Positions 10,811 through 20,604 of a stretch of 64,000 nucleotides of DNA are shown here, in pieces (position 1 is the stretch's first letter; each line of letters starts with the position of its first letter). The translations under genes were made by a program, and so were the position numbers. Source of the stretch: Candidatus Versatilivorator sp. (GTDB taxonomy: Bacteria > Acidobacteriota > Terriglobia > Versatilivoradales > Versatilivoraceae); contig OZ242296.1 of assembly GCA_965207735.1 (NCBI GenBank), positions 1,760,001 to 1,824,000 on the forward strand, read 5' to 3'. The notes under the pieces were generated by a model. It was not told where the DNA came from, made no database searches, and saw only the letters and a list, made by a program, of their open reading frames with translations.

Positions 10811-10995
10811 TCGTCCCCCCGCCCTGCCGGGCGGATCATCCGAGAGTGAAACAACCAGAAATCGACCATCCCTTCGCGACCTTGGTACCCCGTCGCGGTC
10901 AACCTCAGCGCCTTCGTGCCCCTTCGTCGTTCTTCGTGCCCCTTCGTGGAAATGTCTTTTTCTTTTGTCTTTTTTCGGTTGTTTCAGGCAAGCCG
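10801..10995 (-). repeat. Unit A repeat (~182 bp), single copy
   Basis: Close reverse complement of 42567-42752; bounded by tttcagatag and ttgtttcaggcaagcc. Confidence 0.92.
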
Positions 10996-11037
10996 AATTC
11001 CATGCCTTCGGTCTGAAGGCCCAGGGGAACAGCCCAC

Positions 11038-11910
11038 CTATCCCTCCACCGGTTCGGTGCCGGCTATTGTCGTGCGGTGCATCACCCGGCGTTCGGCGCC
11101 GTGATCGAAGGGGATCACCACGTGGATGCACCAGCGGTTGTCCCACATCAGGACGTCGTGGGGCCGCCAGCGATGCCGGTAGACAAAACTGTCCTGGGTG
11201 GCCCAGGCCATCAGCTCGTCGACGAGCTGCCTGCTTTCGGCCTGGCCCAGCCCCAGGATGCGCTCCATGTAGGTGGCGCTGACGTAGAGCGAGAGACGCC
11301 AGCCGGCGGACGGCCGTCCCGGAGCCGGCGGGGGGTGGTCCACCGGCGGCACCTGAGCCACCTCAGCCGGATCCATGGGAGGGAGTTGGCGCAGTTGGCG
11401 GGAGAATTGAAAACTGTGGCGGGCCTTGAGCCCTGCGATTCTCGCTTTCAACTCCCCGGGCATTGTCTCGTAGGCGTGGCACATGTTGGCGAACAGGGTG
11501 TCGCCTCCTTTGCTGACCACTTCGATGGCATGAAGCACCGCCCCCCTGCTGGGTATTCGCCGGTAGCTGCTGTCGGTGTGCCAGACGCAAATCAGCGTAC
11601 TGTAGCGGGCACCGGGGGAATCGACCGGCCGGATGCGGTTGTCCTCGCCCACGTTGGTGACGCGGAAGATCTCCGGGACCGCCTGGGAACGGTTTGCCGC
11701 CTGGGGAAAGATCTCCAGGGACCCGAAATGGCGGCTGAAGGCGACCTGCTGCTCATCGGTTATCGCCTGCCGCCGGAAGAGCAGCACGCCGTAACGACTC
11801 CAGGCGCCCTTGATGGCTTCCACGGTGGACTGGTCGAGAGGCCCGGCCAGATCGACCCCGGTGACTTCAGCCCCGATCAACGGATGCAGCTTCCTGAGAC
11901 GAATGGGCAT
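11038..11910 (-). CDS. TauD/TfdA family Fe(II)/2-oxoglutarate dioxygenase
   Basis: IGAEVTGVDL; WHTDSSY (HxD); GGDTLFAN; WDNRWCIH; RVMHRTT. Confidence 0.9.
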   Translation of the reverse strand: MPIRLRKLHPLIGAEVTGVDLAGPLDQSTVEAIKGAWSRYGVLLFRRQAITDEQQVAFSRHFGSLEIFPQAANRSQAVPEIFRVTNVGEDNRIRPVDSPGARYSTLICVWHTDSSYRRIPSRGAVLHAIEVVSKGGDTLFANMCHAYETMPGELKARIAGLKARHSFQFSRQLRQLPPMDPAEVAQVPPVDHPPPAPGRPSAGWRLSLYVSATYMERILGLGQAESRQLVDELMAWATQDSFVYRHRWRPHDVLMWDNRWCIHVVIPFDHGAERRVMHRTTIAGTEPVEG

Positions 11911-11939
11911 TTCCGGGCTCCTGGCTTGCTCGACCCGGC

Positions 11940-13373
11940 TCAGGCCGTCAGCCCGAAGGAGTACAGCCGGGAGTTCCGCAGATAGAACTTGAGGCGGATA
12001 ACCTTCCCTTTCAGGCTTCCCAGGGAGGACTGGCGCCAGGTCACCGCGTGGCGGACCGCGTCGCTGTCAAAAACGGCGCAGTCGATCTTGCCGAAACCCG
12101 GGTACTGGGTCCCCTCGCCGTCCAGGACGGCCACGGCCACCAGGCCGCCGCGGGCCTGGGCGTTGATTTCGAGCGAGTCCCCCTCGCAGGTAAACGGCCG
12201 GGTGACCAGGGTCCCCATGTCTTCGCCGGCGTCCACCGAGGCAAACCCGTCCAGCCTCAGCTTGGCCAGGCAGATGGGACCGCTTCGTCCGGTGGGACCG
12301 TGCTCGATGGCGGAAGGAGAATAGTAGAACCATAGCTCATCACCCACCCTGACCGGAGCATTGGCCATGTACACCTCACCCGAGTCGATGCTCCCGGGCG
12401 GTCCGTTGGGGATGAAAGGCTTGCGGTCACCGAGGCGCGCCCACCGAATACCGTCCCGGCTGGCGGCAAGCTGGATGTCGATGGTTCCGAAGAAGCGGAT
12501 ATGGGGTTCCTCCGGAGGGGTATGGTAGGCCTCAAGCTGTCCGATATAGAGACCCTCATACTTGAAGACCGGCATTTGGTAGAACTGCAGGCCCGGGGGA
12601 TCCTGCTCGTCGGGGACCACGACCTCCTGGGGAAGGCTCCAGTGGATGAAGTCCTCGCTGACCGCACGCCCGATCCGACGGGTCGGATCGCCCTCGTGAA
12701 CAGAGGGGCGGCAATAGGCCACGTACTGGCGGTGGCTCTCGTCCCAACCCAGCAGGGTGTGGGAGTCGCTGGCCCGGGTGATCACCGGGTTGCCCGGATG
12801 TTTGGTCCAGTTCAGGCCGTCGGGTGAGAAGGCAACCGAAACACCGTCCCCCTCATTGGAGGTACCATCGGGATCGCGGGACTCGTAGAACAGGGATTTG
12901 TACAGACGGGCCGGATCGGGGTCGCGCGGGTCCCGGATGACGTTGCCTCCGGCGGCGTTCACCAGCACCAGGTTGTTGTCCCGGGAGCCTTCGTACTCGA
13001 CCAGGCCCAGGTTGGGCCGTTCCCAGAAAATACCGTCGTTCGAGGTTGCGTAGGCCATGCTGTAGAGTAGCTGTTCGGGGTCGAACCCCATGAACCCCCA
13101 CCTGGTCTCATTCCGTTTGCCCATGGGGGTGACACCCATGTTCCCCAATCCCGTATACCACATGCGGAAACGGCCGGTTTCCTCCTCCCGCCAGACCGTG
13201 CCATACAGCTCCAATCGGCCTTCCCAGGGATAGAGGGGAAACATGAGGGGATTGCCGGCATACTTGGCGGGCTGGTTCAGGGTGCGGCGCAAGTTCCGGG
13301 TCTCCTCCACGATCCATTCATCGATGAAGAGCTGCCGGCTGTTTCCCACTTCGAGCACTGTCGTATTCGTCAT
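11940..13373 (-). CDS. Five-bladed beta-propeller glycoside hydrolase-like protein
   Basis: RQLFIDEW; YATSNDGIFWERPNLG; SPDGLNW; LAKLRLDGFAS; IRLKFYLRNSRLYSF; start at ATG 13373. Confidence 0.7.
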   Translation of the reverse strand: MTNTTVLEVGNSRQLFIDEWIVEETRNLRRTLNQPAKYAGNPLMFPLYPWEGRLELYGTVWREEETGRFRMWYTGLGNMGVTPMGKRNETRWGFMGFDPEQLLYSMAYATSNDGIFWERPNLGLVEYEGSRDNNLVLVNAAGGNVIRDPRDPDPARLYKSLFYESRDPDGTSNEGDGVSVAFSPDGLNWTKHPGNPVITRASDSHTLLGWDESHRQYVAYCRPSVHEGDPTRRIGRAVSEDFIHWSLPQEVVVPDEQDPPGLQFYQMPVFKYEGLYIGQLEAYHTPPEEPHIRFFGTIDIQLAASRDGIRWARLGDRKPFIPNGPPGSIDSGEVYMANAPVRVGDELWFYYSPSAIEHGPTGRSGPICLAKLRLDGFASVDAGEDMGTLVTRPFTCEGDSLEINAQARGGLVAVAVLDGEGTQYPGFGKIDCAVFDSDAVRHAVTWRQSSLGSLKGKVIRLKFYLRNSRLYSFGLTA

Positions 13374-13426
13374 AAGGGAGCTCCGATCATCTTCCCGGGA
13401 ACTGGCGCCATTGTTCCCGTTTCCGT

Positions 13427-14446
13427 TCAATTAAAGGCCAGGGGAAGGATCCAGGAGGCGAACTTCCCCACCTCGTAGGTGTCCAGGGGCTCCAGCATCC
13501 CCCGTTCATCGATCCGATAGCTGGACAGCCGGCCCGACTCGTCGCTGCCGGCAAAAAAGAAGCGTCCATCCGTGGTAATGCCCAGGGTCCGAGGGATCGG
13601 CTGGCTGGGGACCCAACCCAGCGGCGAAAGCAATCCGGTGTCTTCATCCACGGCAAGGGCGGCGATGCTGTTGTGACCGCGGTTGGAGACGTAGACGGCC
13701 TTCCCCTCGGGGTGGACCCGGACCGAGCCGGTACTGTTCTTGCCCTGGAATCCTCCGCGGGGAAGGGTCGGCAGGGACTGAAGCAGGGCAAGGCTGCCGC
13801 TGGAAGGGTCCAGGCGATAGGCGCCCACGCTGGAGGACTGCTCCTCGTTCGCATACACCACCCTCCCGGAAGGATGGAACGCCAGGTGCCGGGGCCCGCG
13901 ACCCGGCGTGGTTGCAATTCTGGGGATCCGCGACGGGCGCAGACTGCCGCTGGAGGGGTCAAAGTGAAACTGGTGAATGGTGTCTGTGGGAGCCACGTGC
14001 GGGACAAAGGCATAGCGGTTGGACGGATCGGTCAAGATGGAGTGAGCGTAGATCTCGGTGACTCGCTGGTCGCAGGCAGGGCCCCGCACGGCGCCGTCAT
14101 TTCCGATCGGATGAACCGTCACCATTCCGGCAATCAGATAGGAGGCCAACAGAAAGCGCCCGCCGCGGTCGGTGACCACGTAGCAGGCATCGGCTTCCAG
14201 TTCCACTTCGCCGATCTGGGTCACATCCCCGCTGGCGGGGTCGATGCGAAAGCTGGCCACCCCACTGTAGGATTCGCTCCGAAGCTGCTGGTAGAGATAT
14301 CGCTGACCAGGATCGGCGCAGAGCTGGTAGGGACGGGCCGACAACTGGATCTGCCTGTTCAGCCGGAGCTTGCCGGAGGCTGCATCCATCCCGAAGATCA
14401 GGAATTTCCGCTCGTCGATCAGGGGAACGTATAGGTAGCTGGGCAT
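13427..14446 (-). CDS. Lactonase family (6-phosphogluconolactonase-like) beta-propeller
   Basis: GPRHLAFHPSG..YANE; VYVSNRGHNSIA; start at ATG 14446. Confidence 0.9.
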   Translation of the reverse strand: MPSYLYVPLIDERKFLIFGMDAASGKLRLNRQIQLSARPYQLCADPGQRYLYQQLRSESYSGVASFRIDPASGDVTQIGEVELEADACYVVTDRGGRFLLASYLIAGMVTVHPIGNDGAVRGPACDQRVTEIYAHSILTDPSNRYAFVPHVAPTDTIHQFHFDPSSGSLRPSRIPRIATTPGRGPRHLAFHPSGRVVYANEEQSSSVGAYRLDPSSGSLALLQSLPTLPRGGFQGKNSTGSVRVHPEGKAVYVSNRGHNSIAALAVDEDTGLLSPLGWVPSQPIPRTLGITTDGRFFFAGSDESGRLSSYRIDERGMLEPLDTYEVGKFASWILPLAFN

Positions 14447-14454
14447 GGTTATTC

Positions 14455-16194
14455 TTATCTTAGCAAGGTCAGACCGACAAGTCTTTCCGGGGGCGGACGT
14501 GTGAACAGGAAGCTGGCCAGGTAACCCACCAGCAGGTTCAACACCATGCTCAGCACTGGAATCCACATCCAGCTGATGGGCTCATGGGCCACCGTCACCA
14601 CTCCACCTTCCTTTTCCAGTAAGTAGAACAGCTCTCCGTTTCTTATCTCCCATCGGCGCCCCTCTTCCCGGACCAACACGGCCGCATCGCTCCTGACCAC
14701 GATTCCATGGGTCCTGAACCTCCCTGCCAGCCTCCTGGAGATCGCACCCTTGTCCAAACCCTCCGGGATACCTGACTCCACTGCGAACAGAGTCGTCTTG
14801 TTGAGGAAGGGCTGAACCATGGGCGGCAAGCCGTTGAACCCAAGCGACAAGGCGATGGCCGCCACCGCACCGCACAGGACACCTGGGGTATTGACCCTCT
14901 TGGACAAGATGCCCAACACGAAAAACGCAGCGATGGGAGCCGAAACCAGACTCGTCAGCCGCGTGAAATGTTCCCCGGCGGTGCCTCTCTGCTGGTCGTA
15001 TTGAGAGAGCGCAAACCCCAGCAAGACCAGTCCAAACCCCAGCGTGAGCAGCTTGGCCACCCTGACGTAATGGTCCTCGGATCGGTTCGGCTCCAGATAG
15101 CGCCGGTAGAAGTCATTGTTGGTGACGTTGCTCATGGAGTTCAGGGCCGAGTCGAATGTCGACATGAGGGCCGCCAGCACCCCTCCCATCACCAGGCTGC
15201 GCATGATCAGCGGCAGGTTCAGCAGAACAAAGTGGGGAAGCACCATGTCGGGATGGGTGATTTGCCGCTTCAGTTCCGGATGCTGGGAGTAGTAGGCCAC
15301 GAATCCCCAGGCCACCGGCACCGTGAACAGGACAAAACCGTAGCCGGTGACGGCGTTGGCCAGCAAGGCCTTGAACATGGTGCGCCTGTCCCTGGTGGCG
15401 TGCATGCGCTGCACCGTTATCTGATTGGTTCCAAACGCCAGAGCTCGTACTACCGAGCCGGACAGCAATACCCAGAGGGTCCCCTCCACCGCCATGCTCC
15501 ATTCATGGGAAATGAGCTTGGTGTGGGGATGGCCGGTGCGCTCGGAAATTTGATTCGAGGCCAGGGTCCAGATCTCTATCGGGTCGAAGTAGGTCAGAAG
15601 AACGATGGCGATCATGAGGTAGCCGCCCACAAAGACCACGTACTGGACCACATCGGTCCAGATGACGGCCCTCATCCCGCCCAGCACGGTATAGAAGGCG
15701 CCCAGCAGCCCGATGACCAGCAGGCACAGCCGCCCGTCGAAACCGCTCACCGATTCAAATCCCTTGGAAGCCGCGACCAGGCCGGTGGAGAGCCAGAAGA
15801 CGGTATAGATGATGAACAGCATGGCGCCGATCGAGCGGACGGCGGGATGAAACCGTTTCTCCAGGTATTCGTAGATCGACAGCACTCGCAGGCGCGCCCA
15901 GATGGGAACCCAGAGGGCAGCGGTCGGAAGAACCATCAGGAACTCGATCAAGCCCCCCGTAATGGAGCTGCGGGTGTCCCGTTCGAAGATCCAACCGGGA
16001 AGAGCCAGGTAGCTGATCGGACTCAGGTGGGTTGCAATCAGCGAGATGCCCACCGCCCACCAGGGCAGATTGCCGCCGGCGTGAAAGTACTCCTTGAGGC
16101 TCTTCTGCCGGCCTGAGAAGAGGATGCCCATGACCACCATCGAGGCCAGGTAGATCCCGATCACCAGGTAGTCGAAGATGGAGAACTTGTCCAT
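14455..16194 (-). CDS. Sodium:solute symporter (SSS) family transporter
   Basis: PWWAVGISLIAT; SIYEYLEKRF; YTVLGGMRAVIWTDVVQ; AALMSTFDSALNS; start at ATG 16194. Confidence 0.93.
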   Translation of the reverse strand: MDKFSIFDYLVIGIYLASMVVMGILFSGRQKSLKEYFHAGGNLPWWAVGISLIATHLSPISYLALPGWIFERDTRSSITGGLIEFLMVLPTAALWVPIWARLRVLSIYEYLEKRFHPAVRSIGAMLFIIYTVFWLSTGLVAASKGFESVSGFDGRLCLLVIGLLGAFYTVLGGMRAVIWTDVVQYVVFVGGYLMIAIVLLTYFDPIEIWTLASNQISERTGHPHTKLISHEWSMAVEGTLWVLLSGSVVRALAFGTNQITVQRMHATRDRRTMFKALLANAVTGYGFVLFTVPVAWGFVAYYSQHPELKRQITHPDMVLPHFVLLNLPLIMRSLVMGGVLAALMSTFDSALNSMSNVTNNDFYRRYLEPNRSEDHYVRVAKLLTLGFGLVLLGFALSQYDQQRGTAGEHFTRLTSLVSAPIAAFFVLGILSKRVNTPGVLCGAVAAIALSLGFNGLPPMVQPFLNKTTLFAVESGIPEGLDKGAISRRLAGRFRTHGIVVRSDAAVLVREEGRRWEIRNGELFYLLEKEGGVVTVAHEPISWMWIPVLSMVLNLLVGYLASFLFTRPPPERLVGLTLLR

Positions 16195-16356
16195 GAGCGG
16201 AAGCATACAACACTTCATCCATGGCAAACGAGGTTGGGGAAGCGTAGCCGCATTTCTCACCGGGGGTGAGAACATGGCTCCAGATTTTCACTTTCAGCAC
16301 GCGCTCGCGACTGACGAGCGTAACCGGTATCGCGTTCGAAAAAGCCTATGCGCGCC

Positions 16357-16937
16357 TCAGGCAAGCCGGGCCCCCGCCGTGCCAGGCGGATCATTCAGAG
16401 GAGAAACAGCCAGCTGTTTGCGTTTTGGAAAGAGACAGGATTAATAGGACCAGAGGCCGCTGCACGGGACGCTGACTGGGAATCGGGGCGTTGGGCACGG
16501 CCAAGGCCCGCCACGGGGAAGATCAATCGAGAAGGACTAAGAATTGAACATGGATGCACAGGATGCACAGGATGCACAGGACGAGAGCTTCCTGCACCAG
16601 AAGCCAACTCGGGCGATGATCCGGTGCGGATTTGCAGATTCCCGGCAGTAGAAGCCAGCCGTTTCCTGAAGAATCCTGTGAATCCTGTGCATCGATGTTA
16701 ATGATCTCCTTAAATCACGATGGGGTCGGAAGCCCCCCACTGGCTCCGCCGCGGTCCTTGTTGCTTCTTCGCGGACAAATCCTCTTTGTCCCTTGTGTCC
16801 TTCGTTGACCCCCTTGCCGACCTTCGCCCCATCCCTCTTGAGCCTTCTCCAGCGCCTTGGTGGACCTTCGTCGTCCTTCGTGTGTCTTCGTGGATTCCTC
16901 TTTTTCTTTTTTCTTTTTCGGTTGTTTCAGACAAGCC
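16357..16937 (-). repeat. Composite repeat: A end + C (16396-16542) + B (16543-16702) + D (16703-16813) + A-type end
   Basis: 16357-16813 is a near-identical reverse complement of 42907-43355; C-B also at 26772-27060. Confidence 0.92.
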
Positions 16938-17132
16938 AAGCCGCGCCCGGGCTTAGCTGAAACCGGAGATGGGCGCGCCTTTGACCCTCCCTGTCGGGCC
17001 GTGATAGGCTTCGCGACGAAAACCGGTCAAGGGGCGCTCCTTGGCCTCCATCCCAACGCAAATGTGGCTTACCGGGAGATTCCACGGCGGTGGCGCCGGT
17101 AGCCCGGCCGGCCGCCTCGACCCAACACCCCC

Positions 17133-18545
17133 ATGCCTGAAGAACGTTCTGACCCGTCGACTCGACAACGCCGCAACGGTGAACTCCTGCTCAGCCGGCG
17201 GAGATTTCTGGCCGCCGGCACGGGCGGCCTGGTTGCAGCTGCGGGGGCGTTGACCCCCAATATGGCGGCGCTGGCGGCAAAGCGCACCTCGGATTCTGTC
17301 CACGGACGCATTACCATCACCGACATCGAGGCTCACGACATCAAGCTGGACTATCTCGACTGGCTCCACTACGAATTGAATCACTTCTACGGTCCCACCC
17401 GTCGAACCGTCTACGTGGTGCATACCGACAAGGGTTTCTACGGACTGGGGGAGGGCCGCAGGGAACCCGAGGACGTGCTGCAGAAATACATCGGCACCAG
17501 TCCCTTCGACTGGGTCGGAGACGAGACTTCCGTCCCCATGGTCAAGGCCATGTACGATCTGATGGGCAAGGCGGCCGGGGTCCCCGTCTACAAGCTCTTC
17601 GGCCAGCGCTACCGCCGCTGGGTGCCCGTCGGCTCCTGGACGGTCTCCACCCACCCCTCGGAGATGGCCGATGCCGTCCGGAACTATGCGGCCATGGGCT
17701 ACACCTGGATGAAGTACCACCTATCGCCCTTCGAGAACGTATTCGATCAACTCGAGGCCATGGAGCAGGTGGCTCCCCCGGGTTTCAAGCTTCAGTTCGA
17801 CCTCACCCGCTTCCACCACTACGGGCACAACCCCGACCTGGTGGAGAGGGTGGCGCGCTCGCCGATCGCCGGCTCCTTCGAGGACCCCCTGGATACCACC
17901 GACGTCGACGCCTACATCGACCTCCGCAAACGCATCCGCCTACCGATCCTGATCCACGGCAGCAAATTCAACCACAGCTTCGACGTGCTGCGCCGCGCCG
18001 CCGACGGCTACATCATCGGGCACCACAAGCTGGGGATGATCCTGCAACGGGCCGGACTGTTCGCGGCAGCCGGCGTACCCTTCATGATCCAATGGGTCGG
18101 CGGCCACATCACCCGGGCCATGACCACCCATATGCAGGCCGCCTTCAAGACCGCCAGCCTGCACTTCCACTGCGACGCCGAAACCTGGAAATCGGACGTG
18201 GTCAAGGAGCGGCTGGAGCCTATCAACGGATTCCTGCGAGTGCCGGAGCGGCCCGGGCTGGGGGTCACCCTCGATCGTGAAGAACTGGAGCGCCTCAAGC
18301 ACAACAACCCGCCGGAGCAGCCCCCCTATATCCTCAAGACCCGTTTCCGCAACGGCACCACCATGTACAACATCATGAGCCCCGAGAAGTCCCACTTCAT
18401 GGTTCTGCCTAATCGTTGGCGCCTGATGCCCATGAGCTTCGATTGGCCCGTCTCCAGCCAGTATTGGGACGACGACGGATCCGAGGAGTACCGAGCCATG
18501 TTCCGGCGGCTGCAGACCGAAGAAATGGTGTTCCGAAAGGAATGA
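17133..18545 (+). CDS. Enolase-superfamily (mandelate racemase/MLE-like) protein with Tat signal
   Basis: SRRRFL; VHTDKGFYGLGE; AMYDLMGKAAGVPVYKLFG; VPERPGLGVTLD. Confidence 0.88.
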   Translation: MPEERSDPSTRQRRNGELLLSRRRFLAAGTGGLVAAAGALTPNMAALAAKRTSDSVHGRITITDIEAHDIKLDYLDWLHYELNHFYGPTRRTVYVVHTDKGFYGLGEGRREPEDVLQKYIGTSPFDWVGDETSVPMVKAMYDLMGKAAGVPVYKLFGQRYRRWVPVGSWTVSTHPSEMADAVRNYAAMGYTWMKYHLSPFENVFDQLEAMEQVAPPGFKLQFDLTRFHHYGHNPDLVERVARSPIAGSFEDPLDTTDVDAYIDLRKRIRLPILIHGSKFNHSFDVLRRAADGYIIGHHKLGMILQRAGLFAAAGVPFMIQWVGGHITRAMTTHMQAAFKTASLHFHCDAETWKSDVVKERLEPINGFLRVPERPGLGVTLDREELERLKHNNPPEQPPYILKTRFRNGTTMYNIMSPEKSHFMVLPNRWRLMPMSFDWPVSSQYWDDDGSEEYRAMFRRLQTEEMVFRKE

Positions 18546-18835
18546 TCGCTACCGGCAATCCGCCCAGACGCCTGGAGATTACCCGCCGGGACGGGGGGTG
18601 CATGACCTGCTACCACTGGCCGGGTCCAGGTCCTTCATTGCTGCTCATCCCGGTACTGGAGCTGTGGGGTGACCGCAACCGGCCCCGCCCCAGCCGCCGG
18701 CAGATGAGAATTCCGGAGCGGCCCAACATCCAGTTGCAATGGATGGCCGGAGCCTCCCATTCGCTTCCGCTGGAGAGACCGCAAGAGGTTGCCGAAGCGA
18801 TCAACCGATTCGTCTTTTCCCTGGACGGTTCCTAA
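18542..18835 (+). pseudogene. Internally deleted alpha/beta hydrolase (97 aa)
   Basis: N-terminal ..GPGPSLLLIP joins directly to C-terminal VLELWGDR..GASHSLPLERPQEVAEAINRF; no GxSxG region; ATG overlaps upstream stop. Confidence 0.65.
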
Positions 18836-18868
18836 CCCACATTTTTCAAGGAGCGCCGGATTTCGTCC

Positions 18869-20557
18869 ATGAACGACTTGCCACAGCCTACAACCCGCAG
18901 AAGCTTCCTGCACACCGCATCGATGGCCGGGGCCGGCCTGTGGGCAGGCCAGGCAGCCTGCCGGACCGATTCCGATCCCGGGACGGAACCCGACGGCGCC
19001 CCGCCATCCAGCCGATTCGACTGCGTGGTCGTGGGAGGATCCCCCGGAGGAATTGCCGCGGCCGTGACCGCCGCGCGCATGGGACGCTCGGTGGCTCTGG
19101 TGGAGGAAAACGCCCACCTGGGCGGCATGTCCGCCAGCGGCCTGGGCAAGAGCGACATCGAGAACCGTGCGGCCATACGGGGGTTTTTCGCCGAATTCGT
19201 TGAGCGTATCCACCGGCACTACCTGGATAAGTACGGTCCCGACTCGGAAAACGTCCGCTTGTGCCGGAAGGGCTACTATTACGAGCCCTCGGTGGCTGAA
19301 GCCACCTTCGACAGGATGGTGGAAGAGCAGTCCTCCATCAGCCTGCTGAAGTCCCACCGCTTCCAGTCCACCATCACTCGAGAGGGAACCGCATGCGGGG
19401 TGGCGGTCCAGGACCGTCGAACCGGCGTTCAAAAACGACTGTCGGCCCGGCTGGTGATCGACGCCACCTACGAAGGAGACGCCTATGCCTCCGCCGGGGC
19501 CCGCTATCGGTTGGGCCGGGAATCCCGGGATGAGTTCGGGGAACCCCACGCCGGGGTGATCTATTTCGACTACCGCAAGCGGGTGTTTTTGCCGGGGTCC
19601 ACCGGTGAGGGAGACCGGCGCCTGCCGGCCTACACCTACCGCCTCTGCCTGACCACTGACCCCGACAACGCACACCCCTTGAGCGAACCGCCCCTCGACT
19701 ACGACCGTTCCCCTTACCTGGGCTACTTCGAAGACCTCAAGGAGGGGCGCCTGGCCGGACCCAAGCGCTTCAAGCTGGGCCGAGGCTACTTTCCGGACCA
19801 TTTCAACACGCTGGTACGCGCCCTGTCCGTGTCGGAGATTCCCAACCTCAAAACGGATGTGAACATGAATCCCCGGCCTCTGGGATTTCCCTTCGCCGAG
19901 GAGAACCAGGGCTATGTGGAGGGGAACCGGGAGGTCCGGCGGGAGATCCGGACCAGGATCCGCAACCTGACGCTGGGCCTGCTGTGGTTCCTGCAGCAGG
20001 ATACGGAGGCGCCTCCGGCCCATCGCCGCATAGCCCAGCAGTATCACCTGCCCCTGGACGAGTTCACCGACAACGGGCACTTTCCCTTTCAGCTCTACGT
20101 CCGCGAGGCGCGCCGCCTGGTCGGCCTGTACACGTTGACGGAACTGGATGTCAGCCGGAACCAGGCCAGGCCGGAGGCCGGCCGCTTCGAGGATGCGGTG
20201 GCCGTGGGCGAGTTTCCCGTCGACAGCTTTCCGGTGCGCAAGCGCCAGCCCGGTGACACGACCGTACTGGAGGGATATTTATACATGCTGGAAAACACCC
20301 GGCCCTATCAGATCCCCTATCGCATCATGATTCCGGAGCAGGTCGACGGACTGATCGTCCCGGTGGCTGCCTCCACCAGCCACGTGGCTTACTCCTCGAT
20401 CCGCACGGAACCGACCTGGATGGCGCTGGGTCAGGCCGCCGGCGTTGCCGCCCACCTGGCCCTGGAGCACCGTCTCCAGCCGCGCCAGGTGCCGGTCGGC
20501 CGGCTCCAGGAAATCTTGCGCCGCCAGGGACAGGTGCTGGATCTGGAATACTCCTGA
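18869..20557 (+). CDS. FAD-dependent oxidoreductase (FAD_oxidored family), Tat signal
   Basis: TRRSFL; VVVGGSPGGIAAA; IDATYEGD; LYVREARRL; PYQIPYR; SHVAYSSIRTEP. Confidence 0.9.
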   Translation: MNDLPQPTTRRSFLHTASMAGAGLWAGQAACRTDSDPGTEPDGAPPSSRFDCVVVGGSPGGIAAAVTAARMGRSVALVEENAHLGGMSASGLGKSDIENRAAIRGFFAEFVERIHRHYLDKYGPDSENVRLCRKGYYYEPSVAEATFDRMVEEQSSISLLKSHRFQSTITREGTACGVAVQDRRTGVQKRLSARLVIDATYEGDAYASAGARYRLGRESRDEFGEPHAGVIYFDYRKRVFLPGSTGEGDRRLPAYTYRLCLTTDPDNAHPLSEPPLDYDRSPYLGYFEDLKEGRLAGPKRFKLGRGYFPDHFNTLVRALSVSEIPNLKTDVNMNPRPLGFPFAEENQGYVEGNREVRREIRTRIRNLTLGLLWFLQQDTEAPPAHRRIAQQYHLPLDEFTDNGHFPFQLYVREARRLVGLYTLTELDVSRNQARPEAGRFEDAVAVGEFPVDSFPVRKRQPGDTTVLEGYLYMLENTRPYQIPYRIMIPEQVDGLIVPVAASTSHVAYSSIRTEPTWMALGQAAGVAAHLALEHRLQPRQVPVGRLQEILRRQGQVLDLEYS

Positions 20558-20604
20558 ACCGGACCGGCGTCCAGCGAATCGTCACCAACCCACGGGTGGT
20601 TCCG

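Noticed and set aside
16543-16702. Integron attC sites (AAC..GTT inverted ends of module B)
   Set aside because: Ends do not fit RYYYAAC/GTTRRRY, orientation relative to genes is inconsistent, and no integrase is in the window.
16348-16956. Small ORFs within the mosaics (MHRMHRI.., ..KRLIHEGARRTTKGH, ..NPVHPVHRC), also at 6.2, 26.7, 42.6-43.5, 56.3 and 63.1 kb
   Set aside because: Frames and stops differ between copies, so they are repeat by-products rather than conserved genes.
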